Positions 36,926-47,244 of a DNA stretch of 64,000 nt are shown here, piece by piece. This DNA comes from an uncultured Bacteroidales bacterium (GTDB lineage: Bacteria; Bacteroidota; Bacteroidia; Bacteroidales; UBA932): the NCBI GenBank assembly GCA_944322715.1, contig CALUPT010000009.1:56671-120670 (forward strand). The letters are read 5' to 3'. Both the position numbers and the translations under genes were made by a program. The notes under the pieces were generated by a model. The model was not told the origin of the DNA and made no database searches. It was given only the letters and a program-made list of their open reading frames with translations. Positions within the stretch are counted from its first letter, which is position 1. Each line of letters begins with the position of its first letter.

Positions 36926-38347
36926 ATGAAACACAGACTGATTGCGACAATCGCCATTGCAGCCATGCCTGCGGCGGGATATTGGGCATCCGCCCAGGAG
37001 TATGTATCGCAGAGACCTGCAGAGCAGGACAGGCTTTTCCGCTCGGAAGCCGTGGAGGACAAGATCATCGAAGTGCAGGGGCTGCTCACCAATCCGAAAC
37101 TGGCATGGATGTTCGCCAACTGCTTCCCGAATACCCTGGACACCACCGTACATTTCAGAGAAAACGAGGATGGAAGTCCGGACACCTTTGTCTATACCGG
37201 AGACATCCATGCAATGTGGCTCAGGGATTCAGGGGCACAGGTGTGGCCGTATGTCCAGCTGGCGAATGAAGATGAACACCTGCGCGAGATGATAGCAGGA
37301 GTGATCACCAGACAGTTCAAGCTGATCAACATAGACCCTTACGCAAACGCATTCAACGATGGTCCTACGGGAGGGGAATGGATGTCCGACATCACGGAGA
37401 TGAACCCGAACGTGCACGAAAGGAAATGGGAAATAGACTCCCACTGCTACCCTATCCGTCTCGCCTACCGGTACTGGAAGACCACGGGGGATGAATCCGT
37501 CTTCGGAGATGACTGGCTCGCTGCCATCCGCAACACCCTCAAGACATTCAAGGAGCAGCAGCGCAAGGATGGTCCCGGTCCGTATTCGTTCATGAGAAAG
37601 ACCGAAAGGCAGCTGGACACCAAATGCTGCAGCGGATACGGCAACCCTGTCAACCCGGTAGGCCTGATAGTCTCATCCTTCCGTCCGTCGGATGATGCGA
37701 CGACATTCGATTTCCTGGTGCCTTCCAATTTCTTCGCAGTGACATCCCTGCGCAAGGCAGCGGAGATCCTCGACAGTGTCAACCGTGAGAAGGAGCTCGC
37801 GGCAGAATGCAGGGCGCTTGCAGATGAGGTCGAAAAGGCTCTGAAGAAACACGCCATTGTCAAGCACCCGAAATACGGGAAGATATACGCATTCGAGGTG
37901 GACGGGTTCGGCAATGCCTACCTTATGGATGATTCCAACGCGCCGAGCCTGCTGTCCATGGCATATCTCGGGGATGTGGATGTGAATGATCCTATATACC
38001 GGAACACCAGACGTTTCGTCTGGAGCGAGGACAATCCTTATTTCTTCAAAGGCACGGCAGGAGAAGGTATCGGCGGACCGCATATCGGATATGACATGAT
38101 ATGGCCGATGAGCATCATGATGAAGGCCTTCACCTCGCAGGATGATGCCGAAATCAAATGGTGCATCGAGACCCTTATGACAACCGATGCAGGGACCGGC
38201 TTCATGCACGAGTCTTTCCACAAGGACAATCCGGAGAAGTTCACCCGCGCCTGGTTCGCCTGGCAGAACACACTTTTCGGGGAGCTCATCCTCGAACTCA
38301 TCGATGAAGGCAGACTCGACCTGCTCAACAGCATAGACATAAAATAG
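36926..38347 (+). CDS. glycoside hydrolase family 125 (exo-alpha-1,6-mannosidase-like)
   Basis: TGDIHAMWLRDSGAQVWPY and the DUF1237/GH125 pattern. Start at MKHRLIATIAIAAM (signal peptide). Confidence 0.8.
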   Translation: MKHRLIATIAIAAMPAAGYWASAQEYVSQRPAEQDRLFRSEAVEDKIIEVQGLLTNPKLAWMFANCFPNTLDTTVHFRENEDGSPDTFVYTGDIHAMWLRDSGAQVWPYVQLANEDEHLREMIAGVITRQFKLINIDPYANAFNDGPTGGEWMSDITEMNPNVHERKWEIDSHCYPIRLAYRYWKTTGDESVFGDDWLAAIRNTLKTFKEQQRKDGPGPYSFMRKTERQLDTKCCSGYGNPVNPVGLIVSSFRPSDDATTFDFLVPSNFFAVTSLRKAAEILDSVNREKELAAECRALADEVEKALKKHAIVKHPKYGKIYAFEVDGFGNAYLMDDSNAPSLLSMAYLGDVDVNDPIYRNTRRFVWSEDNPYFFKGTAGEGIGGPHIGYDMIWPMSIMMKAFTSQDDAEIKWCIETLMTTDAGTGFMHESFHKDNPEKFTRAWFAWQNTLFGELILELIDEGRLDLLNSIDIK

Positions 38348-38407
38348 AGCCCGGACGTACTGACAGAATCCGGAAACCATAGAATAACAGTAAAACATTC
38401 ATTCGAC

Positions 38408-40240
38408 ATGACATCAGGAAAAATCCTATCCATCGCAGCCGGCATCTTGGCCGGGATGACAGCCTTTCTTCAGGGCGGCAGTATCTCCGCGGCAGACCTG
38501 CCGCGTCCGGAATACCCGAGACCTCAGTTCGAAAGGTCCGAATGGGTCAACCTCAACGGACAGTGGAGCTATACATTCGATTTCGCACGCTCAGGAATGG
38601 ACAGGGAGCTGTTCCGAAGCGAAGGCTTCGACGGGCAGATAACCGTACCGTTCGCACCCCAGAGCGAACTTTCAGGAGTCGGATTCACCGACTTCATCCC
38701 TGAAATGTGGTACCAGCGCAGGCTCGAAATCCCTGCGGACTGGGATGGGAAAAGGATTCTGCTGCATTTCGGAGCGGTGGACTACATTGCTTCGATATAC
38801 ATTGACGGAAAGATTGCCGGCAGGCACTGGGGAGGCTCATCCTCCTTTACCATCGACATTACCCGGCTGGTCAGTGCAGGAAAGACCCACAACATGGTAA
38901 TCCGTGTGGAGGATGACGAACGGTCGGGAGAATATGCAAAGGGGAAACAGTGCGGAAGATACGCATCGTTCGGATGCGAATACACCCGTACCACCGGCAT
39001 CTGGCAGACAGTCTGGATGGAAGCAGTCCACAAGGACGGACTGAAGGATGTCTACGTAATCCCTGACCTGGACCAGAGCAGGTTTGTATTCAGACCTGAA
39101 TACCATGCAGTGCAGCAGGGGCAGAAACTCCGCATCCGCATCCTGGACAACGGAAAGACAGTCAGCGAGAAGACCATACCGGCCACGGCACAGAGCCAGG
39201 CAGAACTCACCGTGAAGAAAGTGAAGACATGGTCTCCGGAAGACCCTTTCCTCTACGACATCGAATACGATGTGCTCTCCGCTGAAGGAAAGGTCATCGA
39301 CCACGTCAAGGCGTATGCCGGGATGAGGAAGATACAGGTTATCGGCAACAGGCTCTATCTCAACGATGAACCGGTGTATCTCCGCCTCGTCCTCGACCAG
39401 GGATTCTATCCTGACGGGATATGGACGGCACCGACCGATGAAGCCCTGAAACGCGACATAGAGCTTTCCATGGCAGCCGGATTCAACGGAGCAAGGCTTC
39501 ATCAGAAGATATTCGAGCCGCGTTTCCACTACTGGGCAGACAGGCTCGGCTACCTGACCTGGGGCGAGTCCGCCAGCTGGGGAGCCAACATCAACCGCAT
39601 CGGGAGTGCGCGCAATTTCCTGACGGAATGGGAGGAAGCCGTAGTGAGAGACAGGAACCATCCGTCCATCATCATGTGGACACCTTTCAACGAGACCTGG
39701 GAGCACCCTGACAACAGGGAGGCCGCACGCGAGGCCTGCCGTTTCGTGTCGGACATCTATGACCTCACCAAGGACCTGGATTACAGGCCGTGCCACGATG
39801 TAAGCGGCAACTATCATGTCAAGACAGATATCTTCTCGGTGCACCAGTACGAACAGGATCCGGCGAAATTCACTGCCTGGATCGCTCCAGTGGATGGCAA
39901 GGTAAGGCAGCACGACCTCGAGAACCGTGAAGTGGAATATGACGGCCAGCCTTATCTGGTGGATGAATACGGCGGCATCAAGTGGGTCGTAGGGCAGGAG
40001 TTCTCCGAAATATCATGGGGCTACGGAAACGCGCCGAAGACAATAGAGGAGGTCTACGAAAGGATGGAAGCCCTCACGGATGCCATCCTCGGTTTCGACC
40101 ATATCTGCGGCTACTGCTACACCCAGCTCACTGATGTCGAACAGGAGCAGAACGGCATCTACAACTATGACCGCACCGAGAAGTTCGACATGGAGCGTAT
40201 CCGCGCCATTTTCTCCAAAGTCCCGGAAGGATTCAGATAA
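38408..40240 (+). CDS. glycoside hydrolase family 2
   Basis: PRPEYPRPQFER...LHFGAVDY...VYIDG sugar-binding N-terminal domain. NHPSIIMW...FNETWE in the TIM-barrel acid/base region. Confidence 0.8.
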   Translation: MTSGKILSIAAGILAGMTAFLQGGSISAADLPRPEYPRPQFERSEWVNLNGQWSYTFDFARSGMDRELFRSEGFDGQITVPFAPQSELSGVGFTDFIPEMWYQRRLEIPADWDGKRILLHFGAVDYIASIYIDGKIAGRHWGGSSSFTIDITRLVSAGKTHNMVIRVEDDERSGEYAKGKQCGRYASFGCEYTRTTGIWQTVWMEAVHKDGLKDVYVIPDLDQSRFVFRPEYHAVQQGQKLRIRILDNGKTVSEKTIPATAQSQAELTVKKVKTWSPEDPFLYDIEYDVLSAEGKVIDHVKAYAGMRKIQVIGNRLYLNDEPVYLRLVLDQGFYPDGIWTAPTDEALKRDIELSMAAGFNGARLHQKIFEPRFHYWADRLGYLTWGESASWGANINRIGSARNFLTEWEEAVVRDRNHPSIIMWTPFNETWEHPDNREAAREACRFVSDIYDLTKDLDYRPCHDVSGNYHVKTDIFSVHQYEQDPAKFTAWIAPVDGKVRQHDLENREVEYDGQPYLVDEYGGIKWVVGQEFSEISWGYGNAPKTIEEVYERMEALTDAILGFDHICGYCYTQLTDVEQEQNGIYNYDRTEKFDMERIRAIFSKVPEGFR

Positions 40241-40262
40241 AAGCCATATACAGATGACTCTT

Positions 40263-40298
40263 CAGCCCGGCCCCTTAAGAGGTCGGGCTGATTTTTTT
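40263..40298 (+). terminator. rho-independent terminator after the GH2 gene
   Basis: CAGCCCGGCC-ccttaaga-GGTCGGGCTG followed by ATTTTTTT. Confidence 0.75.
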
Positions 40299-40329
40299 AT
40301 AAATTAATACTTTTTTAACCGAAGTCGTA

Positions 40330-40337
40330 TATCTTTG
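40330..40337 (+). promoter_or_regulatory. TATCTTTG -7 box upstream of the ECF sigma gene
   Basis: Matches TAnnTTTG. Lies 58 nt upstream of the TTG at 40395. Confidence 0.4.
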
Positions 40338-40394
40338 CATAAACGAGAAAGCCGGCGGACTCTGACGAGTCCGCTGACAAAAAACAACCGGGCT

Positions 40395-40939
40395 TTGAAG
40401 AAAGACTATCAGACAGACCGTATCGCAAACGGTGATGAAGCTGCATTCAGGCAGTTCATCATTACCAATACCCCCCCTGCCACGCCTATGCATATCGCAT
40501 TCTGAAAAGGAAAGAACTGGCAGAAGATGCTGTCAGTGAAGTCTTTGTATCTGTCTGGGAAGCGCGCAGACATCTTCCGGACATAGAAAACATCAACGCC
40601 TGGCTCCACAGGCTCACACTCAACAAATCCATCTCCCTGCTGCGGAAAGAATCCAGATGGGTCTCAGGCTCGGGAAAAATCACCGACCTGGAACTCAATA
40701 TCGCAGACCCCGGCCCCGAATCGGAATACGACCGGGAAACAATCTACAGACTCAACAAGGCCATCGGTGAACTTCCGCCCAAATGCCGGCATGTACTCTA
40801 TCTTGCCAAAATCGAGAAGATGCCATACAGGGAAATCGCGCATATCCTCGGGATATCAGTCAAGACAGTCAGCAACCATATCACATACGCCATGAAACGG
40901 CTGACCGCAATATTGAAGATTTTTCTGTTTTTCATATAG
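40395..40939 (+). pseudogene. ECF-type RNA polymerase sigma-70 factor, frameshifted in a C7 tract
   Basis: Frame A (TTG at 40395) reads MKKDYQTDRIANGDEAAFRQFIITNTPP... and stops at 40503. Frame B reads ...YAYRILKRKELAEDAVSEVFVSVWEARRHL...MPYREIAHILGISVKTVSNHITYAMKRL and ends at 40939. The junction is C7 at 40471-40477. Not in the ORF track as a single ORF. Confidence 0.8.
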
Positions 40940-40985
40940 GGATTTTCAGGCGCTGCTGCGACATACAGATAAAGACACTCCGATT

Positions 40986-41849
40986 ATGGGAAAGGATGAA
41001 AACAGAATAGACGAATTGCTGGAGCTGACCGGGCAGCCGCCGGCGCCCGACATCGATGCGATAGTAAGAAAGACTTTCAGACGCATAGCCGTCAGAAAGA
41101 GAAGCAGGATCATCATCTCCACGGTTTCCGCCGTCATTTCCGCAGCAGCAGTGATCCTCCTCGCGGTTTTCCTGCATCCCTACGGCAGCTCCATGATACC
41201 GGGTGTGCCGGCAAAAAATCTGAACACATTCGACACTCCGGCCGGAGCCATCGCGACCCTTCATCTTCCGGACGGGTCGCTGCTCAAGGTCAACGCAGAC
41301 TCAAAAGTCATCTATCCCGACTCTTTCAGGGGAAAGGAACGCAGGATATTCGTGGACGGCGAGGTCTATCTGGATGTCGCACACGACCGGAACCGGCCTT
41401 TCATTGTCTGCACCGACGGATTCGATGTCAAGGTACACGGGACGAAATTCAACGTATGCACGACCGGTGATGGCAACGGGAATGTCGTACTGGCCGAAGG
41501 GTCGGTGGAAGTGTCTGTGCCGGGAGGCAGCGGGATAATGCTTTCCCCGGGACAGATGGCCTCAATGGCAGAGGGACTTATCTCGGTTTCCGAGGTCCGC
41601 GCCGAAGACCATATATGCTGGGCGGAAGGATACATCAACCTTTACGGCGAGACCATCGACAAGGTTGCCGCCATGCTTTCCGGACACTACGGCATCCCGG
41701 TCAGCTGCAGCGACACCACATCCCGCCTGTATGGCAAATTGGAGTTCAAGGACAGCATAGAGGATGTGCTGAAGAACATCGCCAGGCTTGCCAGAGTCAA
41801 CATCTCATACTCTTCATCAGAGGGTTACATCATAACGGGGGCAGATTGA
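40986..41849 (+). CDS. FecR family anti-sigma factor
   Basis: Single TM segment (IIISTVSAVISAAAVILLAVFL). FecR domain (LHLPDGSLLKVNADSKVIYP...RIFVDGEVYLDVAHD...PFIV). Confidence 0.85.
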   Translation: MGKDENRIDELLELTGQPPAPDIDAIVRKTFRRIAVRKRSRIIISTVSAVISAAAVILLAVFLHPYGSSMIPGVPAKNLNTFDTPAGAIATLHLPDGSLLKVNADSKVIYPDSFRGKERRIFVDGEVYLDVAHDRNRPFIVCTDGFDVKVHGTKFNVCTTGDGNGNVVLAEGSVEVSVPGGSGIMLSPGQMASMAEGLISVSEVRAEDHICWAEGYINLYGETIDKVAAMLSGHYGIPVSCSDTTSRLYGKLEFKDSIEDVLKNIARLARVNISYSSSEGYIITGAD

Positions 41850-41884
41850 CCCTTATTTTCACATAACACCTAACAACTAAATTC

Positions 41885-44800
41885 ATGTACAGATTTCATC
41901 GAACCGCCGATTCGATAAGGGGACTTATCGCATTGGTCACAGGATTGTTGTTCCTGTCCGGACCTGCTGTCAGCGCAAGAGTGGCAGTGAAATGGGACAG
42001 CAGACAGGATCTGTTTTCGGTACGTGCCCAGGACGAGACCATCGGGAACGTCTTCGAGTACATCGAAAAGAACAGCAGCTACATCTTCATCTATGAAGAG
42101 ACTGTCGAATCCAGACTGTCCGCAAGCGTGGATGTCCGCCTTGAAGGCCAGGACATCGAATCCATCCTACAGGCATTGTGTTCGCAGGCAAGGCTGGAAT
42201 ATCTGATTTCGGGAAGACAGATCGCCGTATGGCCTGAAGGCGGCACTGCTCCGGACATTTCCGACAAAGACATCACCGCCACAGGCAAAGTGACCGACAT
42301 CAACGGAGAACCGCTCATCGGGGCATCCGTATTCATCAAGGGGACCGATACAGGAGTCGTGACAGACCTGGACGGGAGATATACCATTTCCCTCAAGGCC
42401 GGGAACATGCTGACGATATCCTATATCGGATACCAGGCAAAAGAAATCATGGCTGTCGGGGACAGGGAACAGGTCACGGTCCTCACGCCGGACTCCCGTC
42501 TGCTCGAGGAATCAGTGGTGGTAGGATACGGTGTACAGAAAAAGATCAACCTCACCGGAGCGGTGGATGTGGTGGACAGCGAGGAGCTTGTCGGACGCTC
42601 GGCATCCAACACCTCTTCCCTGCTCGTGGGCATCGTACCTAACCTCAACGTAACCCAGAGCAACGGACGTCCGGGCCAGGGGGCAAGCCTCAATATCAGG
42701 GGTGTCAACTCCATAAGCAGCAGCGCAGGACCGCTCGTGCTGGTGGACGGCATCGAAGCAAACATAGACAATGTCAACCCTAACGACATCGAGTCCATAA
42801 GCGTGCTGAAAGATGCCTCCGCAGCTGCAGTGTACGGAGCCCGTGCCGCATACGGAGTGATACTCATCACCACCAAGTCCGGCGGCGACGGCAAGGCCCA
42901 CGTCTCGTACAACGGCCGTTTCAGTTTCAGTACACCTACTACATCCACGGACTTCGAGACAAGAGGCTACTACTCGGCCTCCATCGTAGACATGTTCTTC
43001 TCCACATACCAGGGGTCGCAATATACCAACTACAATGATATCGACTACTACGAACTGTGGATCAGGCGCAACGACAAGGTCGAGAATCCCGAGCGTCCGT
43101 GGGTGGTGGAAGAGAACGGGCAGTACAAATACTACGGCAACTTCGACTGGTACAATTATTTCTTCGACAACACGAGACCTACCTGGGAACACGATCTCAG
43201 CGTGTATGGAGGAAACGACAAGATCAGCTACCGCATATCGGGCGGACTGTACGACGGCAAGGGAGTGCTGAAGCAGGGCTCTGGAGACGACTACAAGAGA
43301 TGGAACTTCCGCTCCAAGGTTTCGGCGCAGATAACCCCGTGGCTGAAAATCAGCAACAACACCTCTTTCCAGTACAACAAATATACATTCAATTCTCCCG
43401 GTGCCGTAGCAGGCCTGTTCTCCAGCGCCTCGGTTCACGCACTGGCATCCATAATGCCGTATCATCCGGATGGCACCGCCTCCTGGAGGGTTCCGACTGC
43501 CATTGCATCCAACTATATCCCTGCAAACGGGGCCCACACGGTCGTCCAGTATGACAAGACCTTCAACCAGGATTCAGACAATGTGTTCGGAACGATTTTC
43601 GAGGCCGTGATAACACCTGTGGACCATTTCACCATCACGGCGAACTATTCATACAGCCAGTCGGAGCACAAGGCCATTAACAGGACCGTACAGGTTCCGT
43701 ATTCCGAGGTTCCAGGTGTAGTGGAATGGAGGACAGACCTTACCGACAAGCTGTACGAGAACCGCGACAAAAACGAATACCAGGCAGCCAACGCATACGC
43801 CAACTACGACAACACCTTCTCCGGCCACCATATCGGGGTCACCGCCGGTGTCAACTACGAGACAAGATACTACTTCGATCTGACCGCGGAACGCTCGAAC
43901 CTTATCTCCCAGGATATGAATGACTTCAACCTGGCAAAAGGAGAGGAGATGAACATAAGCGGAGGAAAGAACAGATATGCGCTTTTCGGAGTGTTCTACC
44001 GTGTCAACTATGACTACAAGGAACGCTACCTGTTCGAGGCCAGCGGCCGCTATGACGGCAGTTCGCGTTTCGCTCCGGGACACCGCTTCGGTTTCTTCCC
44101 TTCATTCTCCGCAGGCTGGAGGATCGACCAGGAGAAATTCTTCACTCCTGCAAGAAAATACATAAGCAATATGAAACTCCGGCTCTCCTACGGTATGCTC
44201 GGCAACCAGCAGGTGGGATACTACGACTATATCCAGACCATAGATTCAGGATCATCCATCAGCTATGCTTTCGGCGACACCAACCGCGCCACAGGAGCCA
44301 CGGTATCCGCCCCTAATGCATCAGACCTGACCTGGGAGACGGTCACCAACATGAATGCCGGTATAGACCTCGGTTTCTTCAACAACAGGCTCAGCCTCTC
44401 CGCCGATGCCTACATAAGGGACACGAAGGGTATGCTGATGGCATCCCAGGATCTCCCGAGCGTCTACGGAGCATCCTCCCCTAAATCCAATGCGGCAAGC
44501 CTGAGGACCAAGGGATGGGAGATAATGCTCTCATGGAAGGACAACCTGATGCTGGCCGGACGCCCGTTCAACTACTATGTATCCGCCACCCTGGCCGACT
44601 ACATCTCGCATGTGACATACTACAACAATGACAACAAGACCATAGGCACTCCATACACCGGGCAGAGGCTCGGAGAAATGTGGGGCTATGTAGTGGACGG
44701 ATATTTCCTGACCGATGAGGAAGCGGCGAACTATCCTGTAGACCAGTCGTATGTCAACAACATGATCAATATCTGCGCAAAGGATCCGGGGCTGCACGCA

Positions 44801-45442
44801 GGAGACCTCAAGTTCGTGGATATGGACGGAGATGGGAAGATAAACCCTACGTTGAGCGCGAACGACATCAATGACCAGGTCGTAATAGGAAACTCACTTC
44901 CACGGTACACGTATTCCCTGAGCTTCGGAGGCACCTGGATGGGATTCGACCTTTCGGTAATGTTCCAGGGCGTAGGCTACCAGAACTGGTATCCTGCAGG
45001 AGAGACAGGCATGTTCTGGGGACCGTACACCCGTCCTTACCAGTCGTTCATTCCTACAGACTTCATGTCCAACGTATGGTCTGAAAGCAATCCTGATGCA
45101 TATTTCCCTCGTCCGAGAGGATATGTGGCCCTTGCAGGAGACGGAGGCTCGCGCGAGCTTACCGTTGTCAACACGAAATATCTTCAGAATGTAGGATACC
45201 TCAGACTCAAGAGTCTCGTGTTCGGATACTCCCTCCCTCAGAAATGGATGGACAAGATCAAGATGGAAAAGATCCGTGTCTATTTCAGCGGAGAGAATCT
45301 TTTCACCGTATCGCCTCTCAAGAGCAAATATGTAGATCCTACCCTTGCCGGAAGTGCCAATTCGTGGAGCAACGGTAACACCAACGTCAACGGATATCCT
45401 CTCAACAGGACATTCTCTTTCGGTGTAGACATAACTTTCTAA
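41885..45442 (+). CDS. SusC/RagA family TonB-linked outer membrane protein with N-terminal STN signalling domain
   Basis: STN segment (VRAQDETIGNVFEYIEKNSSYIFIY), CarboxypepD_reg (TGKVTDINGEPLIGASVFIKGTDTGVVTDLDGRYTI), TonB-box/plug region and a 22-strand-size barrel. 1185 aa. Confidence 0.95.
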   Translation: MYRFHRTADSIRGLIALVTGLLFLSGPAVSARVAVKWDSRQDLFSVRAQDETIGNVFEYIEKNSSYIFIYEETVESRLSASVDVRLEGQDIESILQALCSQARLEYLISGRQIAVWPEGGTAPDISDKDITATGKVTDINGEPLIGASVFIKGTDTGVVTDLDGRYTISLKAGNMLTISYIGYQAKEIMAVGDREQVTVLTPDSRLLEESVVVGYGVQKKINLTGAVDVVDSEELVGRSASNTSSLLVGIVPNLNVTQSNGRPGQGASLNIRGVNSISSSAGPLVLVDGIEANIDNVNPNDIESISVLKDASAAAVYGARAAYGVILITTKSGGDGKAHVSYNGRFSFSTPTTSTDFETRGYYSASIVDMFFSTYQGSQYTNYNDIDYYELWIRRNDKVENPERPWVVEENGQYKYYGNFDWYNYFFDNTRPTWEHDLSVYGGNDKISYRISGGLYDGKGVLKQGSGDDYKRWNFRSKVSAQITPWLKISNNTSFQYNKYTFNSPGAVAGLFSSASVHALASIMPYHPDGTASWRVPTAIASNYIPANGAHTVVQYDKTFNQDSDNVFGTIFEAVITPVDHFTITANYSYSQSEHKAINRTVQVPYSEVPGVVEWRTDLTDKLYENRDKNEYQAANAYANYDNTFSGHHIGVTAGVNYETRYYFDLTAERSNLISQDMNDFNLAKGEEMNISGGKNRYALFGVFYRVNYDYKERYLFEASGRYDGSSRFAPGHRFGFFPSFSAGWRIDQEKFFTPARKYISNMKLRLSYGMLGNQQVGYYDYIQTIDSGSSISYAFGDTNRATGATVSAPNASDLTWETVTNMNAGIDLGFFNNRLSLSADAYIRDTKGMLMASQDLPSVYGASSPKSNAASLRTKGWEIMLSWKDNLMLAGRPFNYYVSATLADYISHVTYYNNDNKTIGTPYTGQRLGEMWGYVVDGYFLTDEEAANYPVDQSYVNNMINICAKDPGLHAGDLKFVDMDGDGKINPTLSANDINDQVVIGNSLPRYTYSLSFGGTWMGFDLSVMFQGVGYQNWYPAGETGMFWGPYTRPYQSFIPTDFMSNVWSESNPDAYFPRPRGYVALAGDGGSRELTVVNTKYLQNVGYLRLKSLVFGYSLPQKWMDKIKMEKIRVYFSGENLFTVSPLKSKYVDPTLAGSANSWSNGNTNVNGYPLNRTFSFGVDITF

Positions 45443-45454
45443 AGGACTATCTCA

Positions 45455-47239
45455 ATGAAAACGAAAATATACAGAATACTTCTGGCCCTGCCGGTACTGG
45501 CTATGATGACAGCCTGTGAAGGGATGCTGAACCTGACACCTGAAGACAGGGTGACTCCAGCCACATTCTTCAACACGGAGAGCAACCTGGAGCTGTTCAC
45601 CAACAACTTCTACCCTTCCGTACTGCCAGGAGGGTCCATCTATGAAGACGAGGCCGATGGCATCATCAACCCTATCCTCGATGAAGCCATCAGCGGACAG
45701 AGGATAATCCCGGAGACATCCAGCGGAGTCGATGGATGGGGATGGGATGTCCTCCGACAGATAAACTACTATCTCGAAAACTCCCACATGTGTGAAGATA
45801 CGGAAGCACGCAACCATTATGATGGTGTCGCCAGATTCTTCCGCGCGTATTTCTACTTCTACAAAGTGAGAAGGTTCGGGGATGTGCCGTGGTATGACCA
45901 CGTGATCGGGTCCGCCGACAGGGAAGATCTCGACAAGCCGCGCGATTCCCGTGAACTCGTAATGCAGAACATAATCGCCGACCTCGACTGGGCTGCAGAC
46001 AATCTGAGACGACAGAAGGATGTCTACAGAGTCACCCGCTGGACCGCACTTGCGCTCAAGTCCCGCGTCTGCCTGTTCGAAGGCACCTTCCGTAAATACC
46101 ACGGACTCGGGGACTGGGAGAAATATCTCGAGGAATGCGAGAAGGCATCCGATCTGTTCATGACTGAAAGCGGATATACCCTGTACAACGAAGGAAGCAC
46201 ACCTTACAAGGACCTGTTCACATCGATGGAAGCCATTCCGGAAGAAATCATAATGGCAAGGGACTACAGCCAGAGCCTCAGTCTGACGCACGGCGTCCAG
46301 AACTATGAGATATCATCGGGTTCAGGATGCGCAGGAGTGACAAGACGTATAGTAGGAGCCTACCTTATGAGCAACGGAGAAAGGTTCTCCGACCAGGAAG
46401 GATATGAGAAAATGACATTCCTTGATGAAGTGAAGGACCGCGATCCCCGTCTCGCGCAGACATTCCGCACCCCGGGGTACACAATCGACGGAGTCTCCGC
46501 CCCGCCTGACCTGAGAATCGCCAAGCTCGGCTACCAGCCTATGAAATACTATATTTCAAAACAGTGGGACAATTCCTCCTGCGTCGATCTCCCTCTGTTC
46601 CGCACGGCTGAAGTCTATCTCAATTTCGCTGAAGCCAAGGCAGAACTCGGGACACTGACCCAGGAAGACCTCGACAGGTCAGTCAACCTTATCCGCAACC
46701 GCGCGGACATGCCGGATCTGAACAAGGATGAAGCCAATGCCGACCCGGATGAGTGGCTGGAGTCAGAGCAGTGGGGATATCCCAATGTGGACAAGGGAGC
46801 CAACAAGGGCGTAATCCTCGAAATCCGCAGGGAGCGTACTGTCGAACTGTTCATGGAAGGGTTCCGCTATTACGATATGATGAGGTGGAAGGAAGGTAAG
46901 GTATTCGAAAAACCTTTCCTCGGGATGTATATCCCTGCTCCGGGAAATTATGACCTTGACGGAGACGGCACCCCGGATGTCTACATATATGATGACAACA
47001 CACAGGAAGCTCCCGATGCCGCTGTTTCCGTCCAGCTGAAACTCGGGGAACGGATCTACCTGTACGACCCGGAGACCGGGCAGGTCGGCAACAAGGGATA
47101 CCTGACCATCCACCAGGATCTCGTGCGCCACTGGAACGAAGACAGGGACTACCTCTACCCTATCCCGACAAAGGACAGGATACTGACAAACGGAGCCCTC
47201 TCGCAGAACCCTGGCTGGGATGATGGCCTCCCGTTCTAG
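45455..47239 (+). CDS. RagB/SusD family nutrient-uptake outer membrane lipoprotein
   Basis: LAMMTAC lipobox. SusD-like TPR core (FRAYFYFYKVRRFGDVPWY, RTAEVYLNFAEAKAELG). Confidence 0.9.
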   Translation: MKTKIYRILLALPVLAMMTACEGMLNLTPEDRVTPATFFNTESNLELFTNNFYPSVLPGGSIYEDEADGIINPILDEAISGQRIIPETSSGVDGWGWDVLRQINYYLENSHMCEDTEARNHYDGVARFFRAYFYFYKVRRFGDVPWYDHVIGSADREDLDKPRDSRELVMQNIIADLDWAADNLRRQKDVYRVTRWTALALKSRVCLFEGTFRKYHGLGDWEKYLEECEKASDLFMTESGYTLYNEGSTPYKDLFTSMEAIPEEIIMARDYSQSLSLTHGVQNYEISSGSGCAGVTRRIVGAYLMSNGERFSDQEGYEKMTFLDEVKDRDPRLAQTFRTPGYTIDGVSAPPDLRIAKLGYQPMKYYISKQWDNSSCVDLPLFRTAEVYLNFAEAKAELGTLTQEDLDRSVNLIRNRADMPDLNKDEANADPDEWLESEQWGYPNVDKGANKGVILEIRRERTVELFMEGFRYYDMMRWKEGKVFEKPFLGMYIPAPGNYDLDGDGTPDVYIYDDNTQEAPDAAVSVQLKLGERIYLYDPETGQVGNKGYLTIHQDLVRHWNEDRDYLYPIPTKDRILTNGALSQNPGWDDGLPF

Positions 47240-47244
47240 ATCAC

